NCBI GenBank assembly: GCA_001938485.1
Contig: MQRK01226294.1
Coordinates: 8,584-72,583, forward strand
Length of the DNA stretch: 64,000 nucleotides
DNA from: Girardia tigrina
Lineage: Eukaryota
Direction of reading: 5' to 3'
In this document: positions 50,946-63,439 of the stretch, piece by piece
Numbering within the stretch: the stretch's first letter is position 1
Layout of the letters: each line of letters starts with the position of its first letter
Position numbers and translations under genes: made by a program
The notes under the pieces: model-generated
The model's database searches: none
Told to the model about the DNA's origin: nothing
The model's input: only the letters and a program-made list of their open reading frames with translations

Positions 50946-52230
50946 TCCCTCTCGATTTAAATGGCTTTAGCCATTCCACATTTCTGATCAATATTCTACC
51001 ATCATCTAATTGTATCTCGTAACATCTTTCATGTCGTCGGTTCTTTATTGTGGCTGGGCTCATATATCGATCCTCATCCTTCGTTACGTTGTCTTTCTTT
51101 ATAAGCACTTTATCTCCAATTCGGAATACTCGTTTCGTTTGTGTCGTGCTTTTATTCATTTCCTTCTCGACATTTCTTTTTCCACTGGTGTTTTTCCACC
51201 AATGTCTTAGTTTCCTACCAAAAATTATTTCTGCTGGAGATATCCCTGTGGTTGCCTGAATTGTGCTATTTAGCATAAAGTCTATTTCTGGCAGGATTTC
51301 TGTCCAATCTTTGTGGACCTCATCTGTCATCCGTATATTCATGGCATCCCTAATTGTTCTGAATTGTCTCTCAACAATCCCATTGGTATTGTGGTGGTAA
51401 GGTCTGGAATATACTATCTCAGCTTTAAATTTATTTGCTGTTTCTTTAAAATGGGCTGATTCGAATGTTTTTTCCTCTATCGACACGGATTTCTTTTGGT
51501 GGTCCGTATTTCCAAATCCATTTGTTTAGTAATACCTTTAGCACGGTTTTCTCGTCTTGATGAGCTATTGCGTTCAAACTGATGTATCTGCTAAATTGAT
51601 CGATTATCGATAGTATGTATTGACATCCATTAATATTTTTTTTTAAAAGTTCCGCAGAAATCAATATATATTTTTTGGAATGGTTCATCAGCAGATTGTT
51701 TAATATGTCTTTCTATTGTTTTTGTTGTTAGGGTCTTTCTTTTCTGACAATTCATACAACTTTGCACAATCTTTACCGTTTTTCTCATATCTTCCATATC
51801 GAAATCATCTTTCAAATAATTATAAACTTTCTTGCTACCAGCGTAACACAGCATCTTGTGTATTTCTTCCACGAATTCAGTCATTTTCCTTTCGGAATCC
51901 AGTATTTGTTATCCATTGTCGTTACGATATCATCTTTCAGTAACCATTTCTTTGTTTTCCCAGATCTGATATCTGATCTAATCCTTTTTATCTCGTCATT
52001 CTCTTTCTGTCATTTGAATCCTTTGGATTCATCGTCTAAGGCTAGGAATCTTGTTTTAACTTTACCCTTCTTAGCTTCCTCATGCAAAGTTTGACATTGT
52101 ACACACATTTCACAGGAATTTCTCGACATTGCATCGGTGTTAGAGTGTTTTTCACCTTTCCTATATTCCATTGTCATATCCAACCCACTTAGAAAATTTA
52201 TCCAAGTTTGAAATTGCGGAGTGATTGTAC
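50941..52230 (-). mobile_element. Gypsy pol 3' part (RNase H end, zinc-binding region, integrase core), frameshifted
   Basis: ITPQFQTW..MEYRKGEKHSNTDAMSR, H..L...G...C..CQ, IDFCG, IIDQFSRY, YGPPKEIRVD, PYHHNTNGIVERQFRTI and TTGISPAEIIFGR. Confidence 0.9.
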
Positions 52231-53184
52231 AGAAAAAATCGTAAATAAGGGTTATTGACAAAAACATTAAAAAGCAAGTCCTTGGTGATGAAGATATGTG
52301 ATGTTTTTTATTTTATGAAAAAATATTTAATAAGTGTAAAAACGGAATCAAAGATTTCTTTCTTTTTTATATGAAAATTTTATAAATACCAAATTTTTAA
52401 ATGAAATTTAAAAAAAAATAATCAAAATGTCAGATAATTAAAAAATATTGTTGAATATTGAGAATAATTTTGCAAAAGCTTTAAACAGTCATATTTTCAA
52501 TACAGATATTTTTAAAAAATATTATGAAATAATAATTTCCAGTTTATTTAATTTTCCCACATTTGTTTTAATAAAAAAATTGACCTAAATAATTTAATTA
52601 AACTCTATGAATCAAATATCACATTTTGTTACAGGGCGAAATGTCACAGATGTGGAATGTGTAATGGTGCAAACTTCAAAATTTAGACTCCGAATCTGAA
52701 ATATTTTTTAGTTATTCTTGATCCAATACAGATACTGTCTAAATTTACGACATCATTAAAATTGTTACGCTTCCAAATAAAAAAGAATGTTGCATTGCAG
52801 TTTACGACGAGATTGAATATGTATTAGAAGTTTTGCCAATAATTGCCAAAATGAGACTTTCGATTAGTAGAAAATTGCTACATAAATACATCTTTAATCA
52901 ATCGATTTGACTTTTAGTACAGTTTGGTGGTGGCAAACCTCTTAATCGTTCAGTCTTAATGAAAGTTATTATTATAAAATATTTCTACGCTGTAATCAAT
53001 ATATTTCATAACTATCAATTTCTTTTACGTTTTATCTTTTTTATAAAGTTTTAAATGATTATCAATTAGGTATAAACTGTATAAATTTACAAAATATTGT
53101 GTGGTGTTACTTTTTTCAAATTCTTGACAGCAATATTTCAGGAAATCTGAGTCTGAAATTATTATTGTATGAAAATATTAAAAT

Positions 53185-54247
53185 TAGGAATGTGTCGGAT
53201 TTGATTTTTTGAAATCCTGCCGGACTCGGTTTTGGCTTGCTTTAAGAAAATTTTATTTGTGACGAGTTTTAGTAAGTAGTTACTTATACTAAATTAAAGA
53301 AAATTTTTAAGAATATCTGGAAATTGTACCTATTAGAAAAATGAATTGCAAATAATAAATAACTACTAATAATTATTTGAAATATTTTATTAAATTTTTT
53401 TATTAAATCAATATTGTACTTCAAAAAAATTAGTCTTGAAGCATTTTCTGGAAGGAATTTACTTCTATGATTACTGATTACTTCACCTGTCACACTAAAC
53501 AATCGTTCAGATGGTACACTAGTCGGGGGTGATCCCAGGTACACTCAATCTACTTTAGCTAAACTAAGAAATCTCTCTTTATTATATTTCCATCATTTCA
53601 GTGGATCTTCTGTCCATAAGACTACGGGTTCAAATAGGTACTGGCATAATTCTGACTCGATGCCTGCAGATATGTGATGTTGCTCAGTGGGTGTTGACTG
53701 GACGATCTCATGAACACAGTCTCAAAGTATAGAGTTCTTTACCCGTGATTTCTTAGTTGGTGGTTTAAGAGACGTTGTTGATGTGATGTTAGACGAGAAA
53801 ATCAACGTAGAATTTGTTGAATGAACATTCTTAATAGTATTAAAAGACAGCAGTACACTGGCATTTACAGCCGTTATATAGGACAAAATGCAATATACGA
53901 TTTTGAAATTCAATTGTTATTCTTTGAAATACAATATTATTTATTGAAAAAAAATTAATCGATGAACCTGAATTTTTTACTTCTTTATTAACATTGACTA
54001 AATTTAGGAAATATATATGACTCAAAAAAATTGAAGTAAAATTTAGAAAAAAGCTGAAAATTTTCTAAAATTGACTTTATTTTTTCTAAATTGTACTTGA
54101 ATTTTTCATTTTCTTTTAAAATTTTTTTTGCTTATACCCTTACAAAATCCGTCACAAAACTGGCCAAATTATGAACGGAGCCGGATTTGTAAAAAGAGCC
54201 GAAAACCGACTCTGGTCGGATTTGACCCGGATTCCGGCACATCCCTA
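53185..54247 (-). mobile_element. Internally deleted hAT (Ac/ZBED-like) element
   Basis: 8-bp TSD ATTAAAAT at 53177-53184 and 54248-54255. TIRs TAGGAATGTGTCGGA / TAGGGATGTGCCGGA. Dimerization motif YLGSPPTSVPSERLFS..G.VI...RS..LP.NA..LIFL. Confidence 0.9.
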
Positions 54248-55109
54248 ATTAAAATTATTAATATAACATAGACATTGATGGCAATTTGATGATACGAGAA
54301 TTGATTTACAAATTATTACAAGTTCATTTTAAAATTACTATTTTAGCAAATACTATCAAATTTCATTATTACTAAATATCAGTATTCCGGCCGATCTCCA
54401 GGTAGTTCTGAAGAGCGGACGGTGGTAGTGATAGAGTGGCATCTCAGACATTTCGTATTGGTGCTGGGCCCATTTTATTGTAGAGTAAATTTTTGCTCAT
54501 CGAATAATTTTATATCTTTAAATCGTTAATTGAAATGGTTCCCGTACATTTGCCCACAGGAAAAATATCCACAATTGATTATTGTAGACATAATCCTAAT
54601 GCCTAAATCTTAACATCAGACAAATATACTTTAATTTTAAAAATGCATTAAAATGCAATAATTAAACTTAAATATATTTGTTTAAATAAACATAATTTCA
54701 TAAAAATAAACATTTGTTAAAAAGCGTTATTTTGATTATTTTTAATTATGGATCAAAGCGACTACAATTATCATGCAGAATTTGTATAATTTCCGAATTC
54801 ACGAAGTTGGTAAATATTTTCAAAATTTTCAATTTATTATGAAAAATTCTTTATTCAATTATGAAAATTCTGAATTTAATATGAAAAATTCTCAATTTAA
54901 TAATATAAAAATATTAAACAAAATTTTACGGGATCAAGACTTTTTGGCGAAGTACTTTTTGGAAATTTATGTAATAATATTTTTTGTAATTTTAATAAAT
55001 AATAATTTAAAATTGCTATAAAGAAATTTTAAAATTTAAAATAAATAAAAATAACTTTAAATATGGGTACAGGACATTTCGACGTCAAAAATAATTTTTA
55101 TTAATTTTA

Positions 55110-55648
55110 ATATTAATGATCATTATGAAACTGAAATATATCCAAAGAAAACTGATACTGGTTTGTACACCTCCATAAACAGTTTTGTGAGTTTAAATAT
55201 AAAAGGAATATGATCAAAGGTTTGTTATAACGCTCTTTGTCTCTTTCTTCTACGTTTTCAAAATCTATTAAAAGTATTGATACATTGAATAAGTGGCTGA
55301 ATAATAACGGTTACTCTAAGTCCATCATAGACATTGTTTATCAATATACATATAATGGGTGCAATGTCACATACATAGGAGAGACTGTCCATCATCTCTG
55401 CAAACGAGTCCAAGAACACAGTCAAAAAGGGGGAAAGAGTAATATTGCTGAGCATAAAAAAACATGTAAATGTAATATGATCATAAATGATTTTAAGATT
55501 TTGTGCAAGCATTTTAATAATTATTTGGAGAGAGTGTCATGTGAAGCATTGTTGATAAGATCATGTGATCCAAATATCAATGTTCAAACTGCACTCTCAA
55601 TTAATTCGTTAAGAATTTTCGATTAGACTTACGTAAGTGATTACATAA
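55110..55648 (+). mobile_element. Penelope-like element 3' part (RT C-terminal remnant and GIY-YIG endonuclease)
   Basis: TEIYPKKTDTGLY, then IVYQYTYNGCNVTYIGET..LCKRVQEH..SNIAEH..FKIL..EALLI..PNINVQ (ORF 55237-55626). Confidence 0.85.
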
Positions 55649-56885
55649 TCATTCATTAACAATAATATAATTATGATTTCTGTCTGTCATTCTGTCTGTG
55701 TGAAGTTCCCGGGGTTCAGTAAAACAAATTTAATTATTTTTTGAAAATGATAAAACAACCGATTGATCCGGGATCTACGCAACGAGTGGATTTCAACGAT
55801 GTGCCTCCGTCGCCGATACGACGAGGGGAAGTCCATGAATCAACGATGAAAAGGGTCAACATAAATACAAAAAAAAATTAAAACCCAAAGAAGGAAATAT
55901 GATGAATTTGGATGAAAAATCGATTGATCCTAGACCTACTCGACGAGAGGAGTCCGAAAATCTTGCTCCACCGCCGATTAGAGAAGTAGAAGTTGGTGAA
56001 TTCGGTATTAAAAGTATTAATTTTTTTAATTAATCGATAAATGAATTACATAATTTAATTATTTTTTTTAATTCTGGAAAAATGAAGACTTCCGATCTGC
56101 CCCCCACAAAAATTAAGAAGAAAATCAATAGCTTAATTTTTTCTACGACTTTTTACATCAATATTGTGGGCCTGGTACCAACCAGGAGAAGCTGGGTCGC
56201 CAGCCACACAAATGCTGGCAGTAACGCCGGTTCCGCGAACGACTGAGCAAGCTCGCCTCTTTTGCGGCTCCACTGGACTAACGGTAAACTGCCGGTCGAA
56301 GGGGATCGTGAGCGCGGTCGGATCATCGGAAGAGGCGAGTGGTCGGAATTCGACCGAGTGGACCGGTGTGAGAGCGGTGAACGACGATCGCGACGTGGTA
56401 CGACGCCAGATGCGACAATCCGTGCGGAAGGTTCGGTCCGCGAGAAAAATAACGTTCGAAAAAGTCATATTGAGCAAAGTTTTATTCATATCAACGAAAG
56501 TTTTATTTACATCGACATCGAAATCATAATATTTTCATCATTTCATTAAAAAAGTGAAGCGGTAAAACAACGACATTGTTTGTATGAATTTTTTTAACAT
56601 TATTGTTTTTTATTTCATTCTCTTCATTTTTTTGGTTGTTTTTGAGGATCACTACAAATATAAAAATAATTTATTTATTTAGTTAATTTATTAATAATTT
56701 ATTCAAGCAATTAATTATGAATTATAAACTTGTGTGGGGGCAGATCGGAAGTCTTTCCGTTTTCCTGAATATTTTTAACTAATTAATACTATAATAGAAT
56801 TATGATTTTTGTCTGTGTGAAGTGACCGATGATTAAAGTGATTCGTTTAAAATTCGCCAGACCTGGCGAAACGGGTTCACGCTAG
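55649..56885 (+). mobile_element. Composite non-autonomous Helitron
   Basis: 3' end: hairpin TTCGCCAG-AC-CTGGCGAA (56853-56870), 11 nt, then CTAG (56882-56885) followed by T. The 5'-type motif AATTATGATTT(C/T)TGTCTGT..GTGAAGT appears at about 55669 and again at about 56798. The exact 5' boundary is uncertain. Confidence 0.7.
56071..56770. mobile_element. MITE of about 700 bp with a GC-rich core, nested in the Helitron
   Basis: Inverted repeats of about 38 bp: ATTC(T/A)GGAAAA..AAGACTTCCGATCTGCCCCC(C)ACA at 56071-56108 and 56733-56770. No clear TSD. Confidence 0.75.
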
Positions 56886-56921
56886 TTTCTTATATAAAAG
56901 CAATATAAAAGAACATAATCA

Positions 56922-56964
56922 GTGATCTGATGATGACAGTTAAACCGTCGAAATATATTATCAT
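56922..56964 (+). ncRNA. Minimal type I hammerhead ribozyme motif (Penelope-associated)
   Basis: GTGAT-CTGATGA-T-GACAGT-TAA-ACCGTC-GAAA-TATA-TT-ATCAT. Has the CUGANGA and GAAA core, stem I TGAT/ATCA, stem II with one mismatch, and a short palindromic stem III. Confidence 0.65.
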
Positions 56965-57282
56965 AAAATAATTTTTAAATAGCGTTTATTTGTTTTCAAT
57001 AAAAAATTGCCATCTTTTTTTCAAATTTTTATTAAATTTGTAAAAATTTTATAAATTAGTATTATTTGACTTAAAATGAAATAATTTTTTATAAATTAGG
57101 ATTTTTGGAATAAAATGAATTGAATTTTTATACCAAAATATCAATTTTTTATTATTTATTAAAATAAATCTGTAATATTTTGTTATTCAAAATTTTTATT
57201 TATACGAAGAGGTCAATAATTTCCCATGTAACTAAAACGGCATTACTGTTCACATCGAAGAATTTTATCCATTGCTTGAATA

Positions 57283-58502
57283 TTTACAACTTTCATTTAT
57301 ATCCAACAATTCACAATGAGTTGAACTTTATCAGTAAAAACAACCACAGTTGAACGATCTTATTCTATATTACTCAGAATCAAGACTTACTTACGAAACA
57401 CGACATCAGAGCAGAGATTGAATCGCTTAGCTATTGTGAGGAATATTTTAAATTTGGTATGTTGATTTTAGTATTTGGTACCTTTTGTACCTTCTATCAA
57501 TAGACAATTTCTCTATTTTTAGCAAGTTGAGTTTTTTAATTTGTGTTTGACAGCCATCGAAAACAGACAGCCGTGTGAAATTTTGCAAAAGTGAAAATAA
57601 ATTAATTTTGTGCTCATAAAGCATTTCTAAAATCAAATTTTCTAGATCAGAATTTGGAAAGCAAAATATTTGGTACTCAAGAAGACATCTAATTAGATTA
57701 TTTAGTTTTATATGAAATTTAAATATAGTTTCAGAAGTGAAAATGATTTTTAAAATCATAATTTTTCTATTTTTTTATTTAATTCATTTAAAAAAATGCA
57801 TTTCAAAATTTTCAGCATATTATTATTACTTAAAAAATCAACTAATAAAAATTATATATGTATATTTACAGGTAATTTGCCAGTTAACCGGTAATCAAAA
57901 AATTATTTACCGATTTACCGGTAAATGCATTTTTGGAAAATTTTGGAATCCCTAATAACAAAATTATTTTGAACAAATTTTCATCTTAAATTATTTTCAG
58001 ATTTTATTTTTAAAAAATTCCACTTTTATAATTTTGTTAATAATTTTATCTAAAAATTATTTTAATTTTAAAAATGATTTTATTTAAAGAAAAAAACATT
58101 TATTTAATCAATTTAAAAATAAGTTAAAAGTTAATTACTTTATTAAAATTTTTAATATTAAAATTTGAGACGATTTAATATTTCAAGTTTTTTTAATATA
58201 TTATGTTGTAATTTAAAATGCAAACTATGTTTGAATAACTATTCATCGCGAACATACAAAATACCAATTTTCGATTTGGGTTGGACACATTTCCAAATAC
58301 TAAAATCAACATGCCAAATTCAACATACCAAATTTAAAATATTCCTCACAATAGCTAAGCGATTCAATCTCTGCTCTGATGTCGTGTTTCGTAAGTAAGT
58401 CTTGATTCTGAGTAATATAGAATAAGATCGGTCAGTTGTGGTTGTTGTTACTGATAAAGTTCAACTCATTATGAATTGTTGGATATAAATGAAAGTTGCA
58501 AA
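57283..58502. repeat. Inverted duplication of about 200 bp (hAT C-terminal fragment plus start of Gypsy LTR)
   Basis: 57283-57479 is the reverse complement of 58282-58502, with a few substitutions and one deletion. The arm encodes TTVERSYSILLRIKTYLRNTTSEQRLNRLAI. Confidence 0.85.
57955..58350 (-). mobile_element. Solo or truncated LTR related to 50540-50945
   Basis: Starts TGTGAGGAATATTTTAAATTTGGTATGTTG on the minus strand, with collinear similarity over about 400 bp. Abuts a hAT-like end (GGAATCCCTA) at about 57954. Confidence 0.6.
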
Positions 58503-58636
58503 CTTGAGTTAAAAAACTTAGTTGAGTTAGTTAAAAAACTTAAGGGTAATAATGATCGAAATTTAAATTTTTTTTCGGGGATTGAGATTTTATCCCCCTA
58601 ATCTCCGTTGCATAAGCGCCTGATGTTTTTAATATA

Positions 58637-59212
58637 CAGTCATGACCATAATTCAGCGGCCAACCTTGCATTTTAAAGAAAATTAATATATACGTGCGCG
58701 TGTTTGTAAGTGCATGTAAATAATATTCTCAAGCAACATCCAATAAGAATACAGCTTTAGTAGAATACCCATTATGCTATTATGATATATAAAAATATTT
58801 GTGTCAAGTAATTAGACTATTCTGACATGACTGGCAAACAACATTTACCCACTCTGATGGCACAAATCGTCGCTTTATACGACACTGGTGTCTCGAACAG
58901 TGCAATTGCCCTGCGATTCAATATTAGCCATGCTGCAGTAGCCGACATTCTCCGTCTTCATCAAGCCGCCCGCGCTTTTGCATGTAAGAAACGCAGTGGA
59001 AGGCCTCGTAACACAAGCAAGGTGACAGATCGAGCCATTTTGAGATCCTGCAAGACCAATCCATTTACTGGTTCCCGCGCAATACAAGCTGATCTTCCTA
59101 CTAACATTGATAAATTGCCTAGTACACGAAGCATTCGTCAACATCTGGTTGAAGGAGGCTTTCAATCGTACAAGCATTTTTAGGGGTGGCTGGTGAATTA
59201 TGGCTTATGAAT
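58637..59212 (+). mobile_element. Internally deleted Tc1 element retaining only the DNA-binding region
   Basis: Left TIR TA-CAGTCATGACCATAATTCAGCGGCCAACC; degenerate right TIR GGTGGCTGGTGAATTATGGCTTATGA. ORF 58827-59183 has the paired-like HTH and RSGRPR..DRAI.R...NPF. Confidence 0.85.
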
Positions 59213-60689
59213 TAGGATAATGAAAAATAATATTATAATAAAGATTTATTCCGAAACACTCATTGTGAAACATTTATTTCTGAACTTCTATATATTATAG
59301 TTCCACTGACATGTCAAATTGGTTTTATTATTAATAACACCAATATGACTTTTAATATTTTTATAAATACAAGTTTGATTGTCCTCAGGACAATCTTTCT
59401 CAAAACTTTCGTACGATTGCATCCGTCTAATTAATTAATAACGATAATCTTATTATCTGAACGAATGTAGATTTACATTAATTGTTAAAATACTCTTGAT
59501 ATTGTTAATCAATAAATTAATTAATTATTTAGGCGCAACTTTTAAATTTTTGTGTAAAAACATGTCTTAGAAAGTAGTCTCGTAATATGGAAAATCTTTA
59601 TAGTATTAAAAGTATTGTAAGATAAAAAAATATTGAAAAAATCATAAAAATTAAAACAAATAAATGAGTATAAAAATTATTCTATCAATTATTTTATATC
59701 AAAGACAAAGAATTAGAAATAGTAAAATATTTTTTTATTATTTAAAAAATTAAAAATAATAAAAACCACACGAAACGTATATTAACTTATTCAAATTTTT
59801 CTGTTATTTTTAACAAACAAGGAGATTCTTAGAAATTTTAGAGCATAATTGAATCGAGTAAATGTTCAAATTTTTACTTTCTTTACAAAATATATTGCAT
59901 TTTAGGAAAAATATTTTACAGTATTCAGTTATAGAAAGGAAGTGCAATGTCTCAAAACAAGATATGATGGAAATGTTCTAACATAAAACATCAAAATTAG
60001 ACTGAAAAATAAAATTCAGAAACTTGTAAGTGAAACCAAATTTAACGTATTATTATCTGACTCAAAATGAAAGTTAAAAAAACTTATCTTAATGATTTCC
60101 AATTTTATAAATATTTGAGTGAAAACTAATATCTTCTAAAATCTCCACATTAATAGAGGCAATAAATTACACAAACTTTATAATAATTCTATTTTTTTAT
60201 TTTTCTATCTCATTCTATATTACTTTTGCTTGATTAGAAAATTTAAAATTCATTTAAGTCACTTAAATTGTTTATCAGACAGTTCCCGTTACCATAGCGA
60301 CCGTTAAACTTGCTAAGATTTAGAGTAAAAAAAATAAAAAAAGAAAATTGTTTTAATATTTTAATTAATTAATTCTAATTTGAATTAATTAAGAAAATCA
60401 AGTTTAGAACACTCAAATTGAAAAGGTTTATAAAATATTTACATTTATTTAATAATTGAATCTTAAAACAGTTAAATTAAATTTATAAAACTGTAATGAT
60501 AGTAATTATTATTAATCCAAATGATTTTAAGTTTTTAAAACAATAAAATCGCCTCTACCAACTTTAGAGGGTTTAAAATTACAATCAGCAAATTGGGCGA
60601 ATCAGTGTCAATCAAATGAATCTCAACATAAAGTAACTAATAATGATTAGTAAGTACGTTGGAATAGTATTTCGAAGAAAAAGAGAATA

Positions 60690-62398
60690 CCCTGTTTTAT
60701 GGTTATATGGTGGCACATTAGTAAAACGAAACAAAAATTTAGAAAAATTTCTATCTTTTTCAATTTTATTTTTTAATCATCATAATCTTCATCTTCGCTA
60801 CCAAAATTATTTTCATACAATAAAATATCAATGAGCTGTCCACGAATACCTTGATCTTCATCTACCTCATCTTTAGATTCTTCAGATTCTTCATTGCTTT
60901 CCTCAATAACTACATTGTCAACGTCTTCGTGTTCATTCGGATAAAAATTGAATGTGGTCTTCTTGAAGCCATTTTTGATGGAAGAAACTGGAACGGAATC
61001 CAACGACTGATATCCATTGACAAATCTCTTCGCATGAAGCTCTCTTCAAATTTCCTGATTTCGTATATTGCTTATAACCATTAATCATCCAGTTTTCCCA
61101 ATGACGACGTAAATGAGCTTTAAATGATTTGTTGACACTGATATCCAAAACTTGTAATTTTTTCGTTAAGCCACCTGGAATCATGGCCATTAAGGTTCCA
61201 TTTGCAACAAATTTCGATTTGACTTAAGCAGTTCGATGTCCAGGAGCAGAATCTAGCATAAGAAGTGATTTTGGATTAGAAATTGCCATTCTTCTTCTCA
61301 ACCATACTTTTTCAAACCACAGAAGAGTTTCATTGGATGTCATGCAAGATTTTTCATTAGCTGATACGATAACATTTTGTGGAAACGATCTTTTTGGTAT
61401 TGTTTTGCGGCGGAAAATGACACATGCGGGCAATTTATAGCCATCAGCAGTAACACATAAGACGTCTGTAAATCGAGATTTTTCAGTACCAGTTGTTGCG
61501 ACGCGACCATCAGAAGAACCTTTTTGGTCAACTGTAAATTTTGATGGCATATCAAATGTTACATGAACTTCATCCATGTTGCCAATGTGTAGAAAAGAAT
61601 ATGCTTCTTTGTTTTTTGAAACAAAATCCACAAAATTCATCATTTGCTGTTCCCAATCATCAGAAAGTTTCTGACCAACTGAACTTACTGCATGAAGCTA
61701 CTAATCAAAAATGCAGAACATTTAAAATCTTTAATTTTCATTCGTACAGCCATTCCTCTAGCTTCACTTAAAATTGATGTTCCGGAAACAATATATCATT
61801 CTTTTCTTTGTTTCAGCACCCACTCTTTTAATTTTACTTCCAATTCTGGTCATTTAATCGATCGAATTCTCTTCACAACTTTTGCTTCCTTATTTCCTTT
61901 GGCTTCCATGAGATCATTCTCGTTCTTCCATCCTTGAATTTGATTGCGATGAACTTTGAAATGTTCAGCTGCCTTTGAATGTGAATAATTTAGAGCGTAA
62001 TTAACAGCCTCCAGTTTAAATTGCAATGTATAAGTCTTTCGCTTTGCACTTGACATTTTTAGAGTACCCAGTTTTATGGTAAATTAAAACTAATTTTCAT
62101 TTAAAAATAAAATTTTTAAAAGAAGCATCACAAAACATTATTAAAAACATTTTAAATAAAATTTAAAAAAAAGCATAAAAAACATTATAAAAAACATTTT
62201 AAATAAAATTTTTAAAAGCATAAAAAACATTATTAAAACAATTTATTAAAAAATTTTAAAAAGTATAAAAACATATAATAAGATGGCACCTTAGAAGAAA
62301 GTGGCACCTAAGAAGAAAAACATAGAATTTCAGGATCCAAAAAAATTTAATAAGGTGGCACCTAAGAAGCAGTGGTACCTTATAACCATAAAACAGGA
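60690..62398 (-). mobile_element. Full-length pogo (POGK/Passer-like) element, frameshifted transposase 62056->60773
   Basis: TA-flanked TIRs (C/T)CCTGTTTTATGGTTATA and subterminal GTGGCACCTAAGAAG repeats. Brinker-like N-terminus KRKTYTLQFKLEAV, IGNMDEV..TFDMP, LLMLDSAPGH, IPGGLTKKLQVLDISVNKSFK and an acidic tail. Confidence 0.92.
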
Positions 62399-63439
62399 TA
62401 TTTACAATTGTAATAAATACGACACTAAATACATGCTTATTATCATTTTAATTAGAAATTTTTAGACAATAAAATGCATTTAGTTTAGAAGAGAAACTTT
62501 TTAAGAAGTTGAACAGTAATAGTTAAAATAAATTAATTACAATTGAGTCTGCTTAAGTTTGATTTGATTTTGATAAAGCATACAAAGTATGTCAATTATA
62601 TTACTTTTGCCATAGTGTAAAAGTCAAAATTTGAACTTTCAAAAGCCTTAAAACATAAGTCGAAATGCGAGATATCTCAATCTGACTAAAGCGGCGATTT
62701 TTAACATCTAATGTAAATTAATTACACAAAAATATAAATTACAAATTTACAACTTGATGTTAGAGATGGAACAGCTGTTGGCTATTTTCTTTATTCAATT
62801 AAAAAAAATGCAATTAAAAAAAATTATGCAATTAAAAATTGATACTAATCTTTGGTCAATTGCCAATTCACCTCACCTGCAAAGGATGTAAGTGTATTGT
62901 AATGCCTGGTATTGTACAGTGTCAGTTTTATTGAAACATTTATTACAATTACAATTCGAATCTTCTTTATGACAATTCGTAATAGTGTTTTCACTCATAT
63001 TCATCGATTAAAGTTAAACCTACATATTCTTTTAAAAATATTTTCTACAAATGTTATTGGTTAAAATCAATTTACTATTAATCATTAAAAAATAATTATT
63101 TGATTTATTAATTTATAAATTTAAAAATAAAAATAATAAAATCATTTAAAATTTACAATCATTATAGATTAAAAATAAACTTGAATAAATTAGTTTCAGA
63201 CAATAAGAATTAAAATATTAATCAACCATCTGAATACGAGAGATAATTCCAAATCAACATACAATATTCAAAAAAACAAAACAATAACCTTCCAAATATT
63301 CCTCACGGAAATTCATGTTTCTCCACTTACTGTGTTCCATATTATCTTTTGTTTCATACAAACACTTGATATCTAACATATACCGTGTGTTCTGTGATCC
63401 TATATACACAAACTCATTTTCGACATGGATAGTCTAGAT

